DNA of 53,601 nucleotides, counting the filler, from Streblomastix strix (lineage: Eukaryota): assembly GCA_008636045.1 (NCBI GenBank). It is 3 parts of 3 records of this genome, joined end to end, with 100 filler letters (N's around TTAATTAATTAA, not from the genome) between each part and the next. Parts side by side here need not be neighbours in the genome. Positions count along the whole stretch, not along the records: positions 35,812 to 53,601 come from SNRW01000672.1; 2 more parts are not named here. The stretch is one strand, 5' to 3'. This document shows positions 37,250 to 53,601 of this stretch, piece by piece. How positions within the stretch are numbered: position 1 is the first letter of the stretch; the number at the start of each line of letters is the position of its first letter. The notes below the pieces were generated by a model that had not been told where the DNA came from, made no database searches, and saw only the letters and a list, made by a program, of their open reading frames with translations. Made by a program: the position numbers and the translations under genes.

Positions 37250-38560
37250 TTAGAAGAGTCATTGTATAACGTGGAAAGACTATTTTTTAAAAACTAGAAA
37301 TCTTTCTGTCGAGAGTCTGACGTTTCAAACTAAGCTGATCTCCATTAAATTAATTCGTTCCATTTGAATCCAAAAAGGGGGCGTTAGGAGCTTATACTGC
37401 CAAACGAAAACTGCTTTAGACGCAGGGTTGGATAGTTTGACATTCCACTGTCAACATTCAACCCCACGCGTATCAACTTAGGTGTCAGTAACTCTCCTTT
37501 TCGTTGTATTAGGTACGAAGTATGATTGTCCTGGAGAACTTTTGATCTGTTTGGAATAGGTTTCATTTCTTTCTTTACTTCCGGTTTTGAATGAAGTAGT
37601 CTCGTTCCGCTTCCAAAATTTCTGTTCTGATTCTCATTCATGTTATTGGTATTCATCTCTATCCGTAGTTATTATACCTTTGCTTTCTTACCTCTCTTAT
37701 GTCTTCCTCTATTTTTTCTTAACTTAAGTAATTTCAATCTCCTAGGAGTCATCACTTTAACTTTAATTGTCCATTTCCTTATGGATTTCTTATAACTTCT
37801 CTTTCGTTAGTAAGATCTTGGCTTTAGTTGAATTCTTGTTTTTATATTATTTATCCATCTTTATATGTTTCCTTTTTCATCTTGTACGGATTAGGAATCT
37901 TTAGCCTCTTCAGAGTTCTCGCTCTGGCTCTATTTGTTCATTTCATTGTCATCGAGATCTGAAGGACAGACTAAGTCCCCAAATATTGTCTCATGAACTT
38001 CCTATTCAAATCTCAATTGCATCATATCTCTTTCCTCTTGCAACTGGCGGATTTATTTATCTAGGTCATCCTCTTCATAAGGATCGACCTCTCTAATTTG
38101 ATATAGTTTTTGTGGGCTTTAAGGTTATATACGATTTTCAGGTTACATTGGAGGTTATTAATGTTGATGGATTCTATTCTTATCATTTATTATTTGTTAT
38201 TCAAAGAATGAGGGTTAGTTATTATTAGCTAAGTCTGGAGGTGGATAAGTAAAGTTTATCTTAGAACTGAAGTCCTGGTTAAAATTTATTCTCAGCGATG
38301 AGATTGTTGTATTTATTAGAATTGCATCTTGCATGTCATTTGTATAATTTGGTAGTGGTTCTCGTTCGTCAACCTCTAGAGCAATTGCTTATTCTATGAA
38401 ATTAAGGAGATGTGGACTTTAAGGATTTGTACGATCTACTTACGTTGTAGGATTCGAGTCTATTTAATCTTTCCTCAAGTTTCTCGTTTGCTCGATTCTC
38501 TTCTTTTCCAAAGTCCTTACTTCGTTCTCCTTGTCCAAATTATCTATAATGCTAAAATTT
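37250..38560 (-). mobile_element. Interspersed repeat with a degenerate charged ORF (possible retroelement gag-like part)
   Basis: Long, mostly open minus-strand frame rich in E/Q/K/P with at least one frameshift. Its 3' part is homologous to 18025-18232. No RT or integrase motif was seen. Confidence 0.4.
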
Positions 38561-38940
38561 AATCATTTATGTCAAAAAAATTTAAATACCTAATTAATTT
38601 TTTTATTTAGCGATGAGAATAAAATATAAATAAATTTTAAAAATTCTGATAATCATTTGAATTGTTAATTAAGCATTTCAACATTTATTTATTGGTTATA
38701 GGATATAATATTTGGAATTGATTCAATTATAGAAGAATATAATAGTCATTGATTCATGTTTGCGATCTCTTAACAATACCACAAGTTATTTTGACAATTA
38801 AAAATAACGATAAAAAATATATTATAAAATGAAATAATAAATTAAATAAGCTATTAAATAACGATTTACGATGTGCAATGAACAGTCACTGATACTGCGT
38901 TAACAAAGGCTCAGATGACTCAAATATTTAAAAATAGCAT

Positions 38941-38943
<3 letters not shown>

Positions 38944-39004
<61 letters not shown>
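38944..39004. repeat. (TA)n microsatellite, ~30 units
   Basis: Perfect AT dinucleotide run. Confidence 0.97.
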
Positions 39005-39007
<3 letters not shown>

Positions 39008-40734
39008 ACATAAATATGAAATTAATTTTTGCTATTTCTTAAAAAAAATATTTTTATCATAAATTAAAAAAAATTAAAATAATTTAAAATATTTAATAAA
39101 ATTGACAAGCTAAATTTAAATTTAACGTTTATATCATTAATTTCCAATTTATTTTATTATAAATGAATTGTATAAAAGAATTAAATATAGAAAGATTAAG
39201 TCTTCTTTTAATTAAAGCAAAAAATCAACTAAAAGAAATTTCTCTTAAGTTTTAATAAAAATATTCTAACATTTCACTAAAATTAATTTCAATAATATCT
39301 TTACTTCATTTTAAATAAGTTAGAAGAGGGAAAAATTGTGAAATAAACGATTTTGGAAGAAAATTTAAAGAAATATAAAAAAAAATTCATCTAAAAGTAT
39401 TTTTTCATTCACCAAACAATAATTTATGTTGCAAAAAATTGTTGATATATTAGTTATTTAAATTAATTCATGCTATATAACTAGAATATATGCAAAATTT
39501 TAATACTATATGTAAATTTTTTTCATCAAATCAATTTTAGAAATGAAAGTCTGGTACGTATTTGGCTTTGTCTGAAGAATATAAACTTTAAATATAATTT
39601 AATTTAAAAAATTTAATTTTTAAAATATAAATCGCAAATAAGCTAAATATTCAGTATTACTCTCCTAGCATAAATACAAATATTCAATTAAGAATTATTC
39701 TTTTATATAGAAATTAAGGATACTATTTTGAGAAAAAGCCAGCGAGGTGATGATAGAGACGTTATTATTAAACAGCAAATGTCAGTAATTTGAAAATTTT
39801 TAAACTTATTTTTAAAAAATAATAATTTATCTTTTTTTAAATAAAATAATGATTAAAAATTTAAACTATTAAAAATTTCAATATGAATTTCAATAAATAA
39901 TTAAGGAATTCAAGAATTATTTATTTTTTTTAAAAAAAAAGATACTTATATTAAATAATTCAATAAAAAATTACTAATTTTAAAATAAGTTAAATAGGAT
40001 AAATTTGATATTTATAAAATTTTGAATTAGTTTAAAAGAATGAATAATTCAATTCGTTCTAATAAATACAAATTTTATTTAACAATTTAAAATTTAATGA
40101 AAAATTATAGATTATAAGATAAAAACGTATTAAAAAGAGATAGTTCGTAGAAGCTGATCAACTACTTGTGATAAAATAAAACAAAGAAGAGATATTTTAA
40201 ATATAAAATTTATGTATATATAATTTAGTTTGAATAATAATGAAGAGCATTAATACTTAATTTTCTTTGGAAAATTTCAACAACTATTATTAGAAGGTTC
40301 TTTGCCAGCAAGGATGAATCATTGTTTGCCCTCTTTTACAAAGAAATTTAAAAAGGAATTCTTTTTCTAACTAGTAATCAATTCAAAGAATCATTTAAGG
40401 AGTAATAATATTATTTGCAGTAAAATATTAGAAATATACAAATATCATTAATTTTTAAAATTAATTAATCAAAATAATAATAATAATCGAGTCTTTAGCG
40501 AAAGTTAAGAGAAACAGATTTGTTAAATAATTCATAGAAGAAAAAATGAAAAGAAAATTATGGAGCTGGATTGCAAAAGCTAATTGAAAAAAGAAAATAT
40601 GCACGAAATATTTCACCATTTCATGAAAAAGAAAAAAAATATAATGCTTTATTAATTAGAAAAAAATTTTCAAAATCTATTTTTAAATAAAATTTATAAT
40701 TAGGAAAAATTTTTATAATAATTATAACTTTTTT

Positions 40735-42477
40735 CAAAAAAATAATTTGAAGAATTTTAAAATGATGAAATTCTATTTACTGATGATGAAATAAAATAAA
40801 AATTGGAAGAATATGGTTCAATGGTAAGAGATACATTTGTTTTCTGTTTCTTCCTGGAATCTTAACAATAATAATTGCATTAAATAGTCTTTCAACCACA
40901 GTTGTTGAAAAAGGAATTATTAAACCAATTTAGTTATACTTCTCTTAAAATTATGTTTATTAAATTTAAGTTAATTTAATATAATCCGATATGTATTTGA
41001 AGCATTAAATTTATTATTTAAAATCTTCTAATATAGTTCTTACAATTTATCATTAATCAAGAACAGCTTTTGGTTATTAAATATTGAATATTTGTAAGAA
41101 TTATTTAATTATTATTTGATTCTATTCATTTCTACATTCCTCCCTCATGTCATCATTTTTAGGAATTTATCCTAGTGTGAATATATCTAAAGCGGCAATA
41201 ATATCTTCAATCTCAAATAATCGTTCAATTATTGTCAAAATCTTATCAATAAACAAATTTAATATTCTAACATATTGGTCAATATCATAATAATTAATTT
41301 ATCTATTGGACGTTAGAGCTTTTATCCATTGATTGGCTAATTTTTTTAAAAATACTTGAACTTTTTTGATTTTTTTTAAGTAATCTTTGCATATATTCTG
41401 ATTTGTTCGCATTCTTGAGAAATCAAAGTCTTTTTTTTATAATTTCTTTGAAATTACTAAACGACACTTTAAAAAACAGGAAAAAGAACATATAAATGAA
41501 TTATTAATCTCTTATTGCCAACAATATACTTAAATTCATGCATAACCGAATCGGTTCGTTCAAGATCATCGAGTATTATGTTGAAGTTAGGGATTTCAAG
41601 ATTTGTTGCTTCCATACTCTCTCTAAATGAAAACTATCGAGTTAAAACGGTTCTTTTTTGTTTGATTTTATCGCCTTCAGAATTTTCGTAAATTTTTTGA
41701 AGAATTGAAGATCATTTTGTAGCAATTTAGATTTAGTTATGAAGATCTTGCAAATGACCTAGTGTTCTATAAAGTGGCAATAGGACATCCGTTTATATAA
41801 CTTCATTTTTTATTGTTCGTAATTTATGATTACTGCAAATCATTACTTGAATTTTTATTATCTTTATATATTTGATATTAATTAACATTTTATTGATTCT
41901 ACCTTAAAATCATACAGCACCAACTGTTACAAGTGCTATCTATTTCTACAGATCAAATTGAAATTCTGCAAAGATTTACATGAATTTATCAAGCAATTTC
42001 GTTGCTCTTGTATTAAATGGACTTGGAATTTATTATTAATCCAAAATTTTCAATTTGAGAAACATATTAAATATCGTCCAACAATGCACAGAATATTCTG
42101 ATTCAATAGTTTCATTAATTGTTTTTTTGCATGAAATATCATGCAGTATATGAAATAAATTCTGTATTTGACATTAAACTAACATGAATAAATTACAATA
42201 TTTCATTATTTTCAGATTTGCGATCTATAAATATCAATAATTTTAAAATAAATTATTTGAAATTTCGTTTACAATTATCCAATGAATTGCAATTATTATT
42301 TTGCTTAAAATTTTTATCGTGTTTTTTATTAATTTAATCAATCAATCTTCCAATTTTTAATTCATTTTTCCCTTTCAACTCTAAACTAACTAAATGAGAT
42401 TCAGAAGTAAGATGATTTTTAGATCGAATTTATGATTTGGAGAAATTGATGTGTGAATATGATGGTAAAAATGCCAT
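40735..42477 (-). mobile_element. Degenerate hAT-family transposase
   Basis: Ordered relic motifs: 'KQIALVTVGA' (cf. TDGA), 'VMICSNHKL' (CxxH), 'VLTRQFS' (TRW.S) and C-terminal dimerisation 'IIPFSTTVVERLFNAIIIVKIPGRNR'. Multiple stops and frameshifts. Confidence 0.7.
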
Positions 42478-43888
42478 GATTTTTTCTATTAATATTTCTA
42501 ACAAAAGCTGCTAATTACTTTTTCATTAATTATCCTAAAAAACTCTTTTTTAAAATTTTTTATGAAATAAATCAACAAAATTTTTTGGAATATATTTAAT
42601 ATATTTCTAATTTTTGCATTTTTTAGGTTTTACAAGAATTTTCAATGATCTTGAATTTGATTATCTATTGATAAATTGATCAAATCCTTTTTTCATCTTA
42701 AAAGAATCGTTACTAGATGTTTCTTAATTTTCATTCTAATCCATTTTTTTGTCATTATTTTTAAGATCAAATTTAAAATGTTCCATTTGTATATTACTTT
42801 TCTCTCTCTTTCTTTTTCTTTGAATGTAAATTTATTTTAAGGTTAATTTGATTCATTTGCTGAGATTAATTATTTAATTAATTTATTTTCTAATTTAATT
42901 AAAAAAATGGCTGTAATTAATTTTGAAATTGAATTTATGGATAATAATTCAACTATTATCTTAATTATTATTGTAATTAATTCTAACTCATTTGATTATT
43001 CATTTATTTAAAAGGAAATATAGGATAATTGTTGGTTTTATTGTTGAAAATATTATTATTCCTACAACAATACTATACTAATCTATTAATTTTTTATTGA
43101 TTATTATGATAATTAATTTTGTGAATTAATTTTCTAATTAATTTTATATTAAAGGTGTTGTTTTTCAATGCTAAATAACAATAAAGAAGTTAATGATTTA
43201 ATAATAAGATTTGAAGTTAGTTACTAGTTGTTATTAGTATTATATTAGCTAAGTTAAGACATACTAATATTTTCTTTATCATCTTTACCAAAGTTTTTTT
43301 TATATCTTTTGATTTAAATATGTTGACTATTTTAAGTTTCAAATTAATAAAAGTCAATATTTAATAATTCTTTACCAGAATTTGACATATTTATAATTGA
43401 GTCATATGCAAAATCTATTTTATTATTATTTATGATTAAATTCTGTTAAATATTATATGTTTTAATTATTCCATTTGATCTTCTTATATTATTTATATTT
43501 ATGTCTACTTTTTATAATAAAAATATTGTAAAATATTAGTTCTAATTTAAAAATTTATGAATAAATATATATTTACTGTTTTATTATTAATTTTATTACA
43601 TTAATTTTTTTAAAAACTCTTGCAATTATTGAATCTTTTAGTCAAATAATTGCTAATAATGGTAAATTAAATTTAACTATTAATTTTATTAATTTTATTG
43701 TTAATAATTATATAATTTAATCTATTATATTGGAATGTACATTCACAAGTAACCCTGTATTTTTTTTAATCTAAAAAAATATGAAATAATTTTAGTACTA
43801 ATTTCCGTAATTGTATTTTTTGAAATTCTGCAGCTTTGTTGAAATGATTTAAAAATATAATTTCTATTTTTCGAACTGAAGAAGACAA

Positions 43889-44702
43889 TATGGATGGTTC
43901 CGCCCAAAACCAACTAATAATCTTTTTTATATAAATATCTTTTAAATAATTTTAGAAATAATTTTCGTAAATAAAAAAATCATAATTATTCATTTCTAAA
44001 AAAGTGTAAAAAATATAATTCTGACAATTTTTCTGCAGAAATGTGACTAAAAATCATTATTAATACAAATTTTAATTTTTTAAATGGTTTAGATTTAAAA
44101 ATTGCAATTTTTTTTTATTTTTTAGCAGCTGTTAGAGCAAATATCGGCGATTTTTGGCATTTTTCATTTTTTGCGTTGAATATTGAGTGATACTTTTTAT
44201 TTTTGGTAATTTGGAGTAATAAATATTATTTTTTAAATGATTATATGTTTAATTTTATTTTATACTTTAAGCAATACTCGCAATTCGCAAAAAAATTAAA
44301 AAACGTTTTTTTACAATGTACAACTATTAAATTGTGTCTTTATATTATTAAATAACTATAAAAAATAATGTATAAAAATAATTAACATATAAACTACAAA
44401 TTCAATCGAAACAACTGCAAAAAATGAAAAAAATAAAAAAATCAATTTTCTACCCTCTAAGCCGCGGAAACAGTAATATTTTATAATAAATATATTTTGA
44501 AAAATAAATAAATAAGTTTGGATACGTATTGGTGATAAATACAACCAGATTCATAAAAATAACTCGGAAATATTTTTTTCGCACTTTTTTATAAATGTGC
44601 ATAAATATGTTTTTTACATTTATCAAAATTAATTCTAAAATTATTTTAAATAATTTTATATTAAAAAAACATTAATTTTGCTTGAAAGCGGAACCACCCA
44701 TA
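43889..44702. mobile_element. Non-autonomous DNA transposon (MITE/foldback) with long degenerate TIRs
   Basis: TATGGATGGTTCCGC (43889-43903) versus GCGGAACCACCCATA (44688-44702): a 14/15 inverted match. Imperfect inverted similarity extends ~150 bp inward, with TA at both ends. Confidence 0.7.
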
Positions 44703-46174
44703 CAACCTTTTAAATTTTAATAAAATTATTTTAATATATATTTTAGGAGCATCATGAAAGAATTTGAGCCATTTCAGCTGCAAATGTCTGAAAAAATGAT
44801 TATTTTTAAATTTTTCATTTTTTTTTCTTTTTCTTTATTTTCAATTTCTCTCATATTTGTTTAATTTTCGATTTTAAAAAAGTTCTTTTTTAAATTCTGA
44901 TAATTTCTTCTTCAACTGTATTATCATGATTATACGGTTGAGTTTTGCTACTCTGTTTGAGCTGCAAGTTCCGAAATCTTATTTGCAACCATCTCAGACA
45001 AATCTAACTTTTATTGTTCTTAGTCTTTTAATATCCAAAATTATTCACCTTTTATCCAGAGTTTTTCTTTAGTTTCTATTAAATAAATTTTATTAAGAAT
45101 TTAGATTCTAATCCTGATTCAGGTCTCAAATTTTTCTTAATAATCTGTAATATTTCTTTTTTAATATCCATAATCTTGGCAATTTGAATATCTATTATAA
45201 TTTCCTAATTAAGTTTAAATTAGTATTGAATTGGCCTGGTATTTTTAAAGAAAATTTTAAATGAGATTTAACCAATTTAAGGTAATTTATTAGTTGTTGT
45301 CACGAATTGTGTTCACAAATCTAGTGCAAATATTTGGATTGTGTAACTTTAAGCATTCTAACTAGAGACTTTGAGTAGCGCAATAGGGTTTATTTTGCTT
45401 CTTCCTCTTCTCCTTCAGAATCCGTCCAAGAACGTCTTCACTATAAATCACTTATTTTTAGATATTTTTTCTTTAATCATTTCTGAAGCGTTTACATGTG
45501 TAGTCTGTGCTTTATTGTCTGGATTACTGTCAGTCTTTCTAAATTAATGTCCAACAATCTTGGATTGATTCTTAAATTTTATAAGTTTTCAGAATAGTAT
45601 TTTTTTTATGAAATTTTATTTTATGAAATATAATAAAACTAAATTTCATGAAAAGATTAGATTGATAATTTCATTTTAAAATAAAAATTTATTCTTTTCA
45701 ATTTCTAAGAATTAATGAAAAAATTAATAAAAAAATTAAAAATTAAAATTTCAAATTGGTTATGATCATTTGTATTCAATATTATTGATTTTGGTTCGGA
45801 ATAATTTACAATTTCATCTGCGTTTTGTTAACCGGTTTGAGCTACTCTACTTTTTTAATCCACAAAATTGAACAATAAAATTTTATTTCTATTCAAATAT
45901 GTTAATGAACTCTACATTAGAACTTATATAAATATAAACATTTTTCAAATCAAGAATTCTGCCTAATTAACACTCATTTTTCTATTTGCAATTATAAAAT
46001 ATATTTGTAAAAACTTAAAATGCATTTTTAACTATTATCCAAAATATAATTAACAAGAAATCGAATTTATTTTTCCAAACTAAAAAAACCATTTTCAACA
46101 CCTACCAAAGTTTTAAAAATTAATGTAACTATATTTTTTTGATTAGATTATATATGATCTCTTTATTTAGATAT

Positions 46175-52913
<6,739 letters not shown>

Positions 52914-53350
52914 ATAAACAATCTAACGGAGTATGCTTTTAAATTATTCGACAAACTTGTAGTTTTTTTTGTGCTCGGGTATTGGTGAATTACTTAACTG
53001 TTTGTGATATGGTACATCGCTGAAATTATAAATTAAAATACATTATAAATTATAAATATAAACCTGCTAGTATCAACAATGAACAATTTTTCTAATAACT
53101 AACGTTATTTCTTTGAATAAGTTGTATAAAATTGGATAATTTATTAACAATTTAATATAAACATTAATTTATGATTTTAAATATTGTTGCTATCTTTCTA
53201 TAACCGTAAAAACGAAATTTAAATTTATGCAAACAAATCTCATCAAATCACTCATTTTTAAACAATCTTTTATGAATTTGTTAATATTTGCAAATGTTGA
53301 TATTTTATTTATTTATTTTATTTATTTAATTTAATAACTGACTCAGAACG

Positions 53351-53582
53351 ATGACATATTATTGGTTCAAAGCTTTGTACCTCGATATAAACATGCTCAG
53401 CATGGATATCAATCCAACGCAGATTTAGGCGCTGAATGACCTCTGCACTCTTCGCGAATTTTATTACATCTACATTCAACCCAATCGCAGAGAGCTGCTT
53501 ATCTCCCATTTAGCTATGGTTCTGATGCTAACCGATGTGGAAGCTGAATTTCTCGCCGACTTCCTTTACTCAGGCAATTTTG
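53351..53582 (+). CDS. First coding exon of an unknown gene running off the window
   Basis: MTYYWFKALYLDINMLSMDINPTQIQALNDLCTLREFYYIYIQPNRRELLISHLAMVLMLTDVEAEFLADFLYSGNF(G), followed by a GTAAGC donor. Confidence 0.55.
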
Positions 53583-53601
53583 GTAAGCATATATCAATTA
53601 T

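Noticed and set aside
39100..40700. Coding-like patches on the plus strand
   Set aside because: Too degenerate, with no recognisable motif.
44800..45560. Possible DIRS-type reverse transcriptase relic ('KTLDKR*IILDIKRL', minus strand)
   Set aside because: It is a single weak motif with no YxDD and many stops, so it cannot be supported.

Overview
Very AT-rich eukaryotic (protist) DNA that uses a non-standard genetic code: TAA/TAG are read as Gln and only TGA is a stop. The supplied standard-code ORF track therefore misses or fragments nearly every real gene. The code, the short GT-AG introns and lineage-expanded families point to an oxymonad such as Streblomastix (inference). The window is three unrelated ~17.8-kb contigs joined by artificial N44-TTAATTAATTAA-N44 linkers (17817-17916, 35712-35811). 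Contig 1 has a WD40-like gene start, a Pho80/PCL-type cyclin, a ~13.4-kb essentially intronless CABIN1/Hir3-like TPR gene and a broken CDC48-family AAA ATPase. Contig 2 has a compact intronless cluster (19259-24275) that looks like a decayed endogenous Polinton/Maverick-like DNA virus: a ~660-aa capsid-like gene, a gene with phage tail-fibre motifs and small ORFs sharing an upstream motif. It also has an RRP5 C-terminal fragment, a helical/coiled-coil/CXXC-repeat protein, a BET-type bromodomain gene and a YkuE/TMPPE-like metallophosphoesterase. Contig 3 has a SPRY-like gene end, an interspersed repeat, a hAT transposase relic, a TIR-bounded non-autonomous element and a ~2150-aa IRE1. All translations and family calls were made by eye, without database searches.
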